Of a DNA stretch of 64,000 nucleotides, positions 18,475-29,457 are shown piece after piece. A program made the translations under genes and the position numbers. The DNA lies in contig JAURLP010000036.1 in the NCBI GenBank assembly GCA_030831165.1, positions 7,622 to 71,621 of the forward strand, written 5' to 3'. The notes beneath the pieces were generated by a model, which saw nothing but the letters and a program-made list of their open reading frames with translations, ran no database searches and was not told the DNA's origin. This DNA comes from Gammaproteobacteria bacterium. Lineage in GTDB: Bacteria > Pseudomonadota > Gammaproteobacteria > Pseudomonadales > Pseudohongiellaceae. Position 1 is the first letter of the stretch, and every line of letters starts with the position of its first letter.

Positions 18475-18729
18475 TTAGTAAGAGCCATTTAATATCAGTC
18501 GACTGAGGTATCTGTCATATACATATGTCCCAAAACCTGTACCCAATCCCCATGCTAATCCTATCCCGGCACCCCACCATCCAGCAGTGGTTGCCCCTGA
18601 TGTTGTACCTGTAGCAGCATAACCAACTACACTACCAATTAAGCCAGTTTGTGTTGCTAGGTTAGTTGCGTCTGCTAGATACGAACCGCCACTGACTTCA
18701 CCTACTTCCTGTACTGTTAACGTCCTCAT
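18475..18729 (-). CDS. Double-glycine-leader peptide, colicin V / class II microcin-like precursor
   Basis: The leader MRTLTVQEVGEVSGG compares with the ColV leader MRTLTLNELDSVSGG (from memory). The predicted 69-aa mature part is Gly/Ala/Thr/Trp-rich and hydrophobic. AGGAG lies 6 nt upstream of the ATG. Confidence 0.65.
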   Translation of the reverse strand: MRTLTVQEVGEVSGGSYLADATNLATQTGLIGSVVGYAATGTTSGATTAGWWGAGIGLAWGLGTGFGTYVYDRYLSRLILNGSY

Positions 18730-18756
18730 GACTATCTCCTTGGCCTAAGAAATTAA

Positions 18757-18786
18757 TAAACAAAAACATCACCTAAAGCAGGTGAT
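18757..18786 (-). terminator. Intrinsic terminator downstream of ubiD
   Basis: On the minus-sense RNA: ATCACCT-GCTTT-AGGTGAT followed by GTTTTTGTTT. Confidence 0.65.
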
Positions 18787-18824
18787 ACTTTTAAATTAGT
18801 ACAGTTTTTGAATTTTTCCAGTTT

Positions 18825-20291
18825 TTAGTCAAAAATTCCGAGTTCATGCCAAATGGCATCGACTCGATCTTTAACGTCCTGACTCATGCTGATTGGGCGG
18901 CCCCATTCACGAGTGGTTTCAGCGCCAATTTTAGTCGTGGCATCGAAACCCATTTTTGAACCCAGCCCGGAAACTGGCGAGGCAAAGTCAAGATAATCTA
19001 TGGGAGTATTTTCAATAGTGACAGTATCTCTAGCGGGGTCCATACGTGTGGTCATGGCCCAGATGACATCCTCCCATTTACGAATATTTATATCGTCATC
19101 TACCACAATGACAAATTTGGTATACATGAATTGGCGCAGGAAGGACCATAAGCCCATCATTACGCGTTTGGCGTGCCCCGGATATTGTTTTTTGATGCTG
19201 ATAACAGCAAGTCGGTATGAACAACCTTCCGGGGGAAGATAAAAATCAGTAATTTCAGGATATTGCTTTTGAATGATTGGAACAAAGACTTCATTGAGGG
19301 CAACGCCAAGGATGGCCGGTTCATCAGGCGGTCTGCCAGTGTAAGTACTGTGATAAATAGGGTCTTTACGATGGGTAATCTTTTTAATGGTAAATACCGG
19401 AAATTTCTCCACCTCATTGTAATAACCCGTGTGATCGCCGTAGGGCCCTTCACTGGCCATATCATCAGGCTCAATAAGCCCTTCGAGCACGAATTCCGCA
19501 GAAGCCGGTACCTGTAGATCATTACTCAGGCTTTGAGCAACTTCGGTTTTGCTGCCGCGCAAGAGACCAGCAAAAGCATATTCGGATAAAGTATCCGGAA
19601 CCGGAGTCACAGTGCCTAAAATGGTTGCCGGGTCAGCCCCAATGGCGATACTTATAGGAAAGCCTTCGCCAGGGTGAGCTTCTTGCCATTCTTTAAAATC
19701 GAGAGCGCCGCCACGATGAGACAGCCATCGCATGATTAACCGGTTTTTACCAATAACTTGCATGCGGTATATCCCGAGGTTTTGTCTTTCCTTATTAGGC
19801 CCTTTAGTTATGACCAGCGGCCAGGTAATCAGTGGTGCAATATCTTCCGGCCAGCAGGTTTGAATCGGTAGGGTGCTGATATCAATATCAGCTTCTTCAA
19901 TGACAACTTCCTGACAAGGCGGAGATTTAATAATTTTCGGAGAAAGATTCAGTGCCTGTTTAAAAATAGGTGCTTTCTCCAAGAGGTCTTTCCAGCTTTT
20001 TGGTGGTTCGGGCTCTTTTAGAAAAGCTAATAACTTGCCGACATCTCGTAATGCTTCAACATCTTTTTGCCCCATCGCCAGGGCAACACGTTTTGTTGTG
20101 CCAAACAGATTAGCTAATACAGGGATTTTTGAATTTAAGGGTTTCTCAAATAAAAGCGCCGGGCCACCACGCCTTAAAGTTCGATTGGATATTTCTGTTA
20201 TTTCCAGATAGGGATCAACGGGTGTCTGGATACGTTTTAATTCACCCTGTTGTTCAAGTAAGTCTATGAAATCGCGAAGATCCTTGAACAT
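18825..20291 (-). CDS. ubiD: 4-hydroxy-3-polyprenylbenzoate decarboxylase
   Basis: 488 aa. [21 protein letters not shown]-terminus and full-length UbiD pattern (..[11 protein letters not shown]..). Confidence 0.92.
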   Translation of the reverse strand: MFKDLRDFIDLLEQQGELKRIQTPVDPYLEITEISNRTLRRGGPALLFEKPLNSKIPVLANLFGTTKRVALAMGQKDVEALRDVGKLLAFLKEPEPPKSWKDLLEKAPIFKQALNLSPKIIKSPPCQEVVIEEADIDISTLPIQTCWPEDIAPLITWPLVITKGPNKERQNLGIYRMQVIGKNRLIMRWLSHRGGALDFKEWQEAHPGEGFPISIAIGADPATILGTVTPVPDTLSEYAFAGLLRGSKTEVAQSLSNDLQVPASAEFVLEGLIEPDDMASEGPYGDHTGYYNEVEKFPVFTIKKITHRKDPIYHSTYTGRPPDEPAILGVALNEVFVPIIQKQYPEITDFYLPPEGCSYRLAVISIKKQYPGHAKRVMMGLWSFLRQFMYTKFVIVVDDDINIRKWEDVIWAMTTRMDPARDTVTIENTPIDYLDFASPVSGLGSKMGFDATTKIGAETTREWGRPISMSQDVKDRVDAIWHELGIFD

Positions 20292-20325
20292 AGTTGGTTT
20301 AATCTACTTACTTTGCAAAGAGGGC

Positions 20326-21585
20326 TTATTTGCGTTTCATCGACTGGAAAAATTCGTCGTTGGTCTTGGTATCTTTTAATTTATCCAGAATGAATTCTGT
20401 TGCAGGAACATCTTCCATGGAGCTCAGCAATTTACGTAGTATCCACATTCGTTGCAATTCTTCTTCTGTGGTTAGCAAGTCTTCACGTCGAGTTCCGGAA
20501 CGACGTACATTGATGGCAGGATAAACACGTTTTTCAGCCATCTTCCTGTCCAGATGCAACTCCATATTACCGGTGCCTTTGAATTCTTCGTAAATAACTT
20601 CATCCATTTTCGAACCTGTTTCTATCAAACAGGTGGAAATAATGGTTAAGCTACCGCCTTCTTCAATATTTCTTGCCGCACCAAAGAATCTTTTTGGCCG
20701 TTCAAGAGCATGCGCATCAACGCCGCCGGTTAATACTTTGCCGGATGAAGGAATAATAGTGTTGTAGGCTCTGGCGAGTCGTGTCATTGAGTCCAGCAGA
20801 ATAATGACATCTTCTTTATGCTCTACCAGACGTTTGGCTTTTTCAATAACCATCTCAGCAACCTGGACGTGACGTGACGGAGGCTCGTCGAATGTGCTGG
20901 CAACAACCTCACCTCTTACAGAGCGTTTCATTTCAGTCACTTCTTCAGGTCTTTCATCAATTAACAGAACGATCAAATGACATTCCGGGGCATTACGCGT
21001 AATTGCCTGCGCGATATTTTGCAGAATTAAGGTCTTACCCGCTTTTGGTGGAGAGACGATCAAGCCACGCTGACCTTTGCCAATAGGTGCAACCAAATCA
21101 ATTACCCGTGAACTTAAATCTTCAGAGCTGCCATTACCAACTTCCAGAATGAGTCTTTGGTCCGGGAAGAGTGGGGTAAGGTTTTCGAAGAGTATTTTAT
21201 TGCGAGAATTTTCAGGTTTATCAAAATTAATTTCATTAACTTTAAGTAGGGCAAAATATCTTTCACCGTCCTTTGGAGGGCGAATCTTGCCAGCAATGGT
21301 GTCGCCTGTACGTAAATTAAAACGGCGAATCTGGCTGGGTGATACATAAATATCATCAGGTCCTGCCAGATATGAAGCATCAGAAGAACGTAAAAATCCA
21401 AAACCATCTTGCAGAATTTCCAGCACACCATCGCCATAAATATCTTCGCCATTTTTGGCGTGACGTTTTAATAAATGAAAAATAACGTCTTGTTTGCGAG
21501 TGCGAGAAACATTATCCAGCCCCATTTCCTGGGCGATTTGAATTAATTCAGATATTGGTTTGGTTTTAAGTTCAGATAGATTCAT
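20326..21585 (-). CDS. rho: Transcription termination factor Rho
   Basis: [23 protein letters not shown].., Walker [18 protein letters not shown], 419 aa. Confidence 0.97.
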   Translation of the reverse strand: MNLSELKTKPISELIQIAQEMGLDNVSRTRKQDVIFHLLKRHAKNGEDIYGDGVLEILQDGFGFLRSSDASYLAGPDDIYVSPSQIRRFNLRTGDTIAGKIRPPKDGERYFALLKVNEINFDKPENSRNKILFENLTPLFPDQRLILEVGNGSSEDLSSRVIDLVAPIGKGQRGLIVSPPKAGKTLILQNIAQAITRNAPECHLIVLLIDERPEEVTEMKRSVRGEVVASTFDEPPSRHVQVAEMVIEKAKRLVEHKEDVIILLDSMTRLARAYNTIIPSSGKVLTGGVDAHALERPKRFFGAARNIEEGGSLTIISTCLIETGSKMDEVIYEEFKGTGNMELHLDRKMAEKRVYPAINVRRSGTRREDLLTTEEELQRMWILRKLLSSMEDVPATEFILDKLKDTKTNDEFFQSMKRK

Positions 21586-21815
21586 AAGGTAGGTTCATTG
21601 TGTATATTAAAAGTACAAAAAAGTCTTATTAGGACAAAAGAAGGGTGGTTTTAATTTTTTTTAAAAAGAAGTAATTGAAAAAATTTTATGGGTTAAAAAA
21701 TAAATTAGTCGCTTGCCCTGATTGCCTTTAGTAAGGTTTAGTCAGTTCTAAATTTTTGTTTTTTACTGATTTGACACCTTGGAATGGCGTCTGAAATGAC
21801 AAGTTGGCGGGTAAT

Positions 21816-21837
21816 CTATCACCCGCCCCATGCCGTG
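21816..21837 (-). other. GC-rich stem-loop in the trxA-rho spacer
   Basis: ggcgggt-N8-acccgcc (7-bp stem) within the 325-nt AT-rich rho leader. No U-tract follows. Confidence 0.3.
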
Positions 21838-21910
21838 TAAAGTAAATATTATAAAAAAGCTGTTTTTTTTAATTATCCAGTTAGATAAGCAGTCTTACCT
21901 AGCTAAGTTG

Positions 21911-22237
21911 TTAGATTATGCTGTCGATAAATGCAGATAACTGTGCTTTTGAAAGTGCGCCAACTTTTTTACCCGCAGCGTCACCATTGTTGAAAATGAT
22001 TAACGTTGGAATACCTTTAACGTTGTATTTTTCTGCCATCGCCTTATGTTGATCAACATCAATTTTACAAACTTTAAGTTTACCATCATATTCATCCGCA
22101 AGATCTTCCAGAACAGGAGCGATCATTTTACAGGGTCCACACCATTCAGCCCAAAAATCTACTAGGACTGGGCCGGTGGCATTAAGAACATCGCTTTCAA
22201 AACTGTCATCGGTGATGTGGCTGATTTTATCGCTCAT
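21911..22237 (-). CDS. trxA: Thioredoxin
   Basis: 108 aa with the [12 protein letters not shown] active site. Confidence 0.96.
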   Translation of the reverse strand: MSDKISHITDDSFESDVLNATGPVLVDFWAEWCGPCKMIAPVLEDLADEYDGKLKVCKIDVDQHKAMAEKYNVKGIPTLIIFNNGDAAGKKVGALSKAQLSAFIDSII

Positions 22238-22312
22238 GGTAAATTCCTTAAAAAATTAGAGTTAATGTTAATTATAAATTTTAATCTATTAGTTAAATAT
22301 GGAGTCAAAACT

Positions 22313-23341
<1,029 letters not shown>

Positions 23342-23450
23342 TCAAATAAAGTGATAAAGAGGCAATAAGCTGATTTTCTTAGTAACATCTCCGCAGAAAA
23401 GTTATCTACGATATAAGTATTGCACTAATTATGGCATATCAAAGAATAAA

Positions 23451-25586
23451 ATGAATAAAAAACAACTCGTTTTACTTTTGCTTTTTCTAGCTGTTTTGAA
23501 CAGTTTTTTTATTTTTGATTTGGGCGAATATTTGCAACTGTCTTTTTTTCAGGAACAAAAAGATTTGTTTCTTGAGTATAAAGAAAATAATTTTGTATTA
23601 ACGGCACTATTATATTTCTTTCTTTATATTTTAATTACCGCTTTTTCATTACCTGCTGCTGCACTGGTGACATTAATAGGCGGAGCATTGTTCGGATTTT
23701 GGTGGGCCTTAATATTAGTATCTTTTTCTAGCACTATTGGCGCTACATTGGCTTTCTTGATGGCCAGAACAATTTTGCGTGACTGGGTGCAGGATAAATT
23801 TGGCAATAGACTTAAGCCCATAAATGAAGGCATTGAAAAAGATGGCATCTTTTATTTATTTACCCTGCGCTTAATTCCTGTCTTCCCTTTTTTCCTGGTC
23901 AATATGCTAATGGCATTGACCCCAATTCGGGTCAGGGATTTTTATTGGGTAAGTCAAGTGGGGATGTTGGTGGGTACGGGGCTTTATGTTGAAGTAGGTG
24001 CACAATTGGGTATGGCGGATAGTATTCCTGCAGTATTTAGCATCGGACTTGTCAGAGTCTTGCTAGCCTTGGCATTATTCCCCTGGTTGGCAAAATGGCT
24101 TGTTGCTGTTATCAAAAAAAGAAAAGTTTATAAAACCTTTCCTCGGCCACACAAGTTCGATAGCAACCTTATCGTTATCGGAGCTGGGTCGGCTGGCTTG
24201 GTAACTGCTTATATAGCCGCAATGGCTAAAGCTAAAGTGATTCTTATCGAAAAGGGCGAGATGGGTGGAGATTGTCTTAATACCGGCTGTGTCCCAAGCA
24301 AAGCCCTGATTCGAAGTGCTGGAGTTAGTCATTTGTTAAGTCGCTCTGATAGCTTTGGAATAAAATCAACTGTCTCAACAGTGGACTTCCCCGCGATAAT
24401 GCAGCGTGTAAGGCAAGTCATCAGTAAAGTTGCTCCGCATGATTCCATCGAAAGATATACCGAGCTGGGGGTAGACTGCATTCAGGGTGAAGCTAAAATT
24501 ATTTCTCCTTTTATTGTAGAAGTTAACGGCAAACCAATTTCTACACGCAGCATAGTGTTGGCAACTGGAGCCAGGCCAAATGTTCCAGCCATTCCCGGCT
24601 TGGAAGAAATAGATTTTGTGACCTCAGACACGATCTGGAACCTGAATGAATTGCCTGAACGGTTTCTTGTTGTTGGAGGGGGGCCAATAGGTAGCGAACT
24701 TGCACAGGCTTTTGCAAGACTTGGTTCTAAAGTTACTCAGGTTGATGCCGAGGCAAGGCCATTGCCAAGAGAAGATGAAGAAGTGTCAGCATTTATGCTG
24801 GAAAGTTTTCAGCGGGAAGGAATAAAATTTTTAGGTGAGCATAAAGTGCTTGGGTTTAAAAAACATGGAGGGGAAAATCAGGCAATACTTAAACAGGGTG
24901 AAAATGAATTTACTTTGTCATTTGATGTGGTTTTATTAGCAATTGGGCGTAAAGCAAATATTCAGGGTTTTGGACTGGAATCTTTAGGGGTTGATACGAC
25001 CGAGCAAGGTACACTCAAAGTAAATGAGTACTTACAAACAAACTTCCCAAATATCTATGCCTGTGGAGATGTCGCTGGTCCATATCAATTCACTCATATG
25101 GCGGCACATCAAGCCTGGTATGCCAGCATCAATAGTCTTTTATCCGGATTTAAAAAGTTCAAAGTTGATTACTCTATAGTGCCATGGGCAACCTTTACCG
25201 ATCCTGAAGTCGCCAGAGTTGGCTTGAATGAGAAAGAAGCCAGAGCTAAAGGCATAAATTATGAGCTTTCCAAATATAATATGGATGATTTGGATCGCGC
25301 TATCACCGATAGTGAAGACAGGGGGTTTATAAAAGTACTGACTAAACCAGGGACAGATAAAATTCTAGGTGTCACTATTGTGGGGTATCATGCATCGGAT
25401 TTAATTACTGGATATATTTTGGCCATGAAGCATGGCTTGGGCTTGAAAAAAATACAGGCAACGATACATATCTATCCAACTTTGTCAGAAAGTAACAAAT
25501 ATGTTGCTGGGGAATGGAGAAAAGCTCATGCTCCAGTTTGGCTATATCCTTGGCTGGAAAAGTTTCATCACTGGAGAAGAAAGTGA
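23451..25586 (+). CDS. Fusion protein: DedA/VTT (TVP38/TMEM64) membrane domain plus FAD-dependent pyridine nucleotide-disulfide oxidoreductase
   Basis: The N-terminal ~220 aa is multi-TM, with ..GGALFGFWWALILVSFSSTIGATLAF.. The C-terminal part has GAGSAGL (FAD), the redox-active GGDCLNTGCVPSK motif, a second GGGPIGSE dinucleotide fold and a dimerisation domain. Confidence 0.8.
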   Translation: MNKKQLVLLLLFLAVLNSFFIFDLGEYLQLSFFQEQKDLFLEYKENNFVLTALLYFFLYILITAFSLPAAALVTLIGGALFGFWWALILVSFSSTIGATLAFLMARTILRDWVQDKFGNRLKPINEGIEKDGIFYLFTLRLIPVFPFFLVNMLMALTPIRVRDFYWVSQVGMLVGTGLYVEVGAQLGMADSIPAVFSIGLVRVLLALALFPWLAKWLVAVIKKRKVYKTFPRPHKFDSNLIVIGAGSAGLVTAYIAAMAKAKVILIEKGEMGGDCLNTGCVPSKALIRSAGVSHLLSRSDSFGIKSTVSTVDFPAIMQRVRQVISKVAPHDSIERYTELGVDCIQGEAKIISPFIVEVNGKPISTRSIVLATGARPNVPAIPGLEEIDFVTSDTIWNLNELPERFLVVGGGPIGSELAQAFARLGSKVTQVDAEARPLPREDEEVSAFMLESFQREGIKFLGEHKVLGFKKHGGENQAILKQGENEFTLSFDVVLLAIGRKANIQGFGLESLGVDTTEQGTLKVNEYLQTNFPNIYACGDVAGPYQFTHMAAHQAWYASINSLLSGFKKFKVDYSIVPWATFTDPEVARVGLNEKEARAKGINYELSKYNMDDLDRAITDSEDRGFIKVLTKPGTDKILGVTIVGYHASDLITGYILAMKHGLGLKKIQATIHIYPTLSESNKYVAGEWRKAHAPVWLYPWLEKFHHWRRK

Positions 25587-25658
25587 TTAAATGCTGATAG
25601 AATTTAAATTTGTATGTTCTAAAAAATCAATAAAAACTGCTAATCAGGAGATAAAAGG

Positions 25659-26765
25659 TTGAGTGTAGAAGCTAAAGTTTCACAGAGGTATGCCGGTGGC
25701 GCTAAAGAAGTGGAAGCAAGCCTATGTTGTCCAGTGGATTATGATGCAGAACTTTTAAAAATTCTGCCACAGGAAATCATCGATAAAGATTATGGATGCG
25801 GTGATCCTTCGCGTTATGTACAAACCGGTGACTGTGTACTCGACCTTGGTAGTGGTGGTGGCAAAATTTGCTATATGGCGGCTCAACTTGTTGGAGAAAA
25901 AGGCTCGGTTATTGGCATAGATATGACTGATGAAATGCTTGCATTAGCCTCGAAATATAAAGGCGAAATGGCACAAAAACTGGGTAGTGACCGAGTGGAT
26001 TTTCGTAAAGGTTATATTCAGGATTTAGCTCTAGATCTTAATGTCCTGCAAGAGTACCAGGAAAAAAACAAGCCTGATGCTGCTGCTCTAGAAGCCTGGA
26101 AGGAGAAGCAAAAAAAGGAATCGCCGCTAGTCGCCAGTGCCAGTGTTGACCTCGTTGTATCTAATTGTGTACTAAATTTAGTTGCTGAACAGCATCGAAC
26201 CCAAATGATTAATGAAATCTACCGGGTATTAAAACCAGGTGGCAGAGTAGCTATTTCTGACATTGTTAGTGATGAATTTGTGCCACAACATTTACGCGAT
26301 GATGCACATTTATGGAGTGGTTGCATTTCCGGAGCATTTCAGGAAAAAGCTTTTCTTGATGCATTCATAGGTGCAGGTTTCGTCGCTGTAGCTTATGACA
26401 AGTGGGACATGGAACCATGGCAAACTGTTGAAGGCATTGAATTTAGATCGGTCACCATCACAGCCATCAAGCCTGAACAGATTCCTTTATTGGATAAAGG
26501 TCAGGCCGTTATCTATAAAGGTCCATTCGCTGAAGTCAAAGACGATCTGGATAATGTTTTCCCTAGAGGTGAACGAATCGCTGTTAGTGACCGAACTTTC
26601 CGTTATCTGATGGAAGGCCCGATGAGTCAAAGTTTTATTGGTATAAGTGCTGCTGATTTTCCCAGTGATCAAAAATTCTGTAAAGCTGCAGGAACCTTGC
26701 GACCAGCAAGAGAAACAAAAGGCGGGGCACATAGTGGCGGGAATGAATCTTCCGGTTGCTGCTAA
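25659..26765 (+). CDS. SAM-dependent methyltransferase, arsenite methyltransferase (ArsM)-like
   Basis: Motif I VLDLGSGGG. Cysteines sit in ArsM-like positions (LCCPVDY, YGCGDP, VSNCVLNL, WSGCISG) and the tail is Cys-rich (SSGCC). TTG start with AGGAG upstream. Confidence 0.65.
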   Translation: MSVEAKVSQRYAGGAKEVEASLCCPVDYDAELLKILPQEIIDKDYGCGDPSRYVQTGDCVLDLGSGGGKICYMAAQLVGEKGSVIGIDMTDEMLALASKYKGEMAQKLGSDRVDFRKGYIQDLALDLNVLQEYQEKNKPDAAALEAWKEKQKKESPLVASASVDLVVSNCVLNLVAEQHRTQMINEIYRVLKPGGRVAISDIVSDEFVPQHLRDDAHLWSGCISGAFQEKAFLDAFIGAGFVAVAYDKWDMEPWQTVEGIEFRSVTITAIKPEQIPLLDKGQAVIYKGPFAEVKDDLDNVFPRGERIAVSDRTFRYLMEGPMSQSFIGISAADFPSDQKFCKAAGTLRPARETKGGAHSGGNESSGCC

Positions 26766-26811
26766 ATAAGTTTCAGGCGTTTAGAAGGGTAGTAGAGTTT
26801 GGTAGCAGATC

Positions 26812-27324
26812 TTAAACGTTCCGCAGCGCCTGGAAAACACAAAAGAAGCCCAGCAGTATAAAACCGACTAGGCTCCATTCCGGGATGCTCATGCCGATAA
26901 CAGGATCTTGCCAGACAACTTCTGCACAGTTTCCATCGCCCGAAAGCATTGCAGTAAGCACCTCGGACATTGGAAAAACTTCAAGCATATAGCCTAAGCT
27001 GGGGCCACAGGCGGGCACTTGGTCTTTGGGCAGATGCTGCAGATAAATTTGTCTTATGGCAAAACCGCCCCCACCAAAAGCAAAAGCTGCGCACACAAAA
27101 CCATACACTGATTTACCCCAATCCTTGGGATTATGAATAAAGGCAACTAGGGCGATAAGGCCGGTCATTGCAAAGAACAAGCGCTGAGTCATACATAAGG
27201 GGCAAGGTTCCAGGCCCATTACATTTTCCATATACATGGCTATCCCTAAAAGAGTCAGGCATAACAAAAATATATATAAATAAATCAGTCGAATGCTCAA
27301 GTATTTATTATTTTGGAAAATCAT
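26812..27324 (-). CDS. dsbB: Disulfide bond formation protein B
   Basis: Four TM helices, a CPLC pair (EPCPLCMTQR) and a second periplasmic Cys pair (VPACG / GNCAEV). Confidence 0.87.
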   Translation of the reverse strand: MIFQNNKYLSIRLIYLYIFLLCLTLLGIAMYMENVMGLEPCPLCMTQRLFFAMTGLIALVAFIHNPKDWGKSVYGFVCAAFAFGGGGFAIRQIYLQHLPKDQVPACGPSLGYMLEVFPMSEVLTAMLSGDGNCAEVVWQDPVIGMSIPEWSLVGFILLGFFCVFQALRNV

Positions 27325-27384
27325 TTTAAAGGCCTCTTAACTATTGAACTTGATTCTAAACTAGCCATTACCTAGATGAAAACA

Positions 27385-28995
27385 TTACACTTTATTTGCA
27401 TTTACAAGAAATTCATCAAAGCTTAAATTATCCGATTGTTCAATTTCTTCTCTGTCGTGATTTGACTTCTCGCTAACAGATTTAAAGATTTGGAATTTTT
27501 CATCGCTGAGCTTGGTTTTAAGAAATTGTGCGCTATTTTCAGATTGCTTTAAAGCAAAAGGGAAATACGGTAATGATTGCTCCCTCATGCAGGCTAAAAC
27601 TTTAGCTGAAGGAGTTAGTTCAATATCTCTTACTTTGGCCAGCTGTTCTTCAACTGCTTTTTGATGGGTGGTCAGTTTATTGTCGGTATCAAAGTCATCT
27701 AATAACTCAGCTACATTTAAACTTTCCTGCAATATTTCTTCTGCCCATGCCGACATTGAAATGGCTTCACCATTTTGTGTCAATTCCAGTTCTGGTTTGC
27801 GACCCTCTTTGACAACAGAAATAAAATTTTTCTGAATTTCTTTATTTTCAATTTTTGAAGTGGGGGGGCTTTTTCTGAATAAACAAAACAGTAAGAAAGC
27901 ATTTAAAAAATGAATTTGAGTTTCGTCGATTCCAACAGGCAGAAAAGGGTTTAAATCGAGGCACCTGACTTCAATGTATTCGACGCCACCATTTTTCAAA
28001 CTATGAATCGGACGCTCTCCATTTTTACTTACTCGTTTTGGTCGAATAGTGCTGTAAAACTCATTTTCTATTTGTAAAATATTGCTATTAATTTGTTGAT
28101 GTTCGTTGCCTAACTTATCAATTTCGGCGTAAGGAGCATAAGGCGTTTGAATGGCCTTGCGCATGCCATCAAGATATTCATCCAATGAGTTATAACTGAC
28201 AAATAAACTTGCTTGAGCGGCACTGGTGTAACCGAGGTCTCCCATGCGCAAAGATGTGCCATAAGGCATGAAGTATGTGTAATCATCAAAAGCTGTTAAT
28301 CCATGATCTGTTTTGTCTTTAATAAAACTTTTACAGATTGCCGGTGAAGCGCCAAACAGGTAAATAAGTAACCATGAGTAACGGCGAAAATTTCGGATTA
28401 AATTGAAATACTGCTCAGTTTTGAAATCTCTTAATTTCTGGTTCGATTGATGTTTGTCATGCAGGAGTTGCCAAAAATCATCTGGAAGTGAAAAATTATA
28501 ATGTATGCCGGCAATAGTTTGCATTGTACGTGTGTAACGATGACCCAAACCTCGGCGATATAATGTTTTCAGCTTGCCAATATTGGAAGTGCCATATTGA
28601 GCAAGAGGAATTTTTTCATCTTCTTCTATTATACATGGCATGCTGGATGTCCAGAGCAATTCCCCCTCGGCTAATTGGCTATAGAGATAGCGATGGATAT
28701 CTTCAAGATATTGTAGACTGTTGGAGGGGCTTGTAAAAACTGGAGTAATAAATTCAACTAAAGCTTCAGAAAAGTCAGTAGTAATAAAAGCATGTGTTAA
28801 TGGCGAACCAAGACCTTGAGAATGAGGAGTCATGGCTATCCGTCCATTCTTGTCTACACGCAAACTTTCTTTTTCAATGCCATGTGCAATATCTTTAATG
28901 CACCCAATTTCAGGGGTTACTTTTAATGCACCAAGCAGGTGTTTAAGTTGCTCACTCAACTTTTCATTTCCAGCAGAATATTTAAAGCACGGCAT
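27385..28995 (-). CDS. gshA: Glutamate-cysteine ligase
   Basis: GIEKESLRV..LGSPLTHAFITTDFSEALVEFITPV aligns with E. coli GshA ([34 protein letters not shown]). Confidence 0.92.
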   Translation of the reverse strand: MPCFKYSAGNEKLSEQLKHLLGALKVTPEIGCIKDIAHGIEKESLRVDKNGRIAMTPHSQGLGSPLTHAFITTDFSEALVEFITPVFTSPSNSLQYLEDIHRYLYSQLAEGELLWTSSMPCIIEEDEKIPLAQYGTSNIGKLKTLYRRGLGHRYTRTMQTIAGIHYNFSLPDDFWQLLHDKHQSNQKLRDFKTEQYFNLIRNFRRYSWLLIYLFGASPAICKSFIKDKTDHGLTAFDDYTYFMPYGTSLRMGDLGYTSAAQASLFVSYNSLDEYLDGMRKAIQTPYAPYAEIDKLGNEHQQINSNILQIENEFYSTIRPKRVSKNGERPIHSLKNGGVEYIEVRCLDLNPFLPVGIDETQIHFLNAFLLFCLFRKSPPTSKIENKEIQKNFISVVKEGRKPELELTQNGEAISMSAWAEEILQESLNVAELLDDFDTDNKLTTHQKAVEEQLAKVRDIELTPSAKVLACMREQSLPYFPFALKQSENSAQFLKTKLSDEKFQIFKSVSEKSNHDREEIEQSDNLSFDEFLVNANKV

Positions 28996-29031
28996 TATGC
29001 CACATGATTCAAGAGAAGGTCATGATCTTAA

Positions 29032-29457
29032 TTACTCGCCATGATTTTGTTTGAAGCGGTGGATCAGACGCCTATCCTGCTTGGAAGGGCGTCCGTTTGA
29101 ATGTGGGTTAGAGCTTTGCATGGTCTTTCGCTGCGCTGCTTGTGATTCTCTTTTTTCAATGCTTTCAAGAGTTTCCTGGTAAAGTAGTGCTGCTTGTGGC
29201 GCCCCCCCGCGCTTATCAGAGAGTTCTGTAACAACAACAGTTTTTTCATCCCAACCCTGCCGAATTTCCAGAATTGAACCAATTTCAATCTCGCGACTGC
29301 TTTTGCAGCGTGCTCCGTTGCAATGTACTTTGCCGCCATCGATGGCCTGTTTTGCAAGGTTTCGAGTCTTGAAAAAACGGGCTGCCCACAGCCACTTGTC
29401 TAGACGGACTTTGGACTTATCGGCACGTAAGGCCCCATTATTGTTAATTTTGCTCAT
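29032..29457 (-). CDS. hslR: Ribosome-associated heat-shock protein Hsp15 (S4 domain)
   Basis: VRLDKWLWAARFFKTRNLAKQAIDGGKVHCNG, and yrfG-hslR synteny as in E. coli. Confidence 0.87.
   Translation of the reverse strand: MSKINNNGALRADKSKVRLDKWLWAARFFKTRNLAKQAIDGGKVHCNGARCKSSREIEIGSILEIRQGWDEKTVVVTELSDKRGGAPQAALLYQETLESIEKRESQAAQRKTMQSSNPHSNGRPSKQDRRLIHRFKQNHGE

Noticed and set aside
21077-21452. ORFs of 90-112 aa inside rho on both strands, and similar internal ORFs in ubiD, argH, lysA, gshA, typA, ubiB and others
   Set aside because: They lie wholly within strongly supported housekeeping genes and show no motifs. They are the expected chance ORFs in AT-rich DNA.
23451-25586. Mercuric reductase (MerA) call for the flavoprotein fusion
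   Set aside because: It has no N-terminal HMA/NmerA domain and no C-terminal vicinal Cys pair, and no merR/T/P genes are nearby. Only the generic CxxxxC disulfide reductase core is present.
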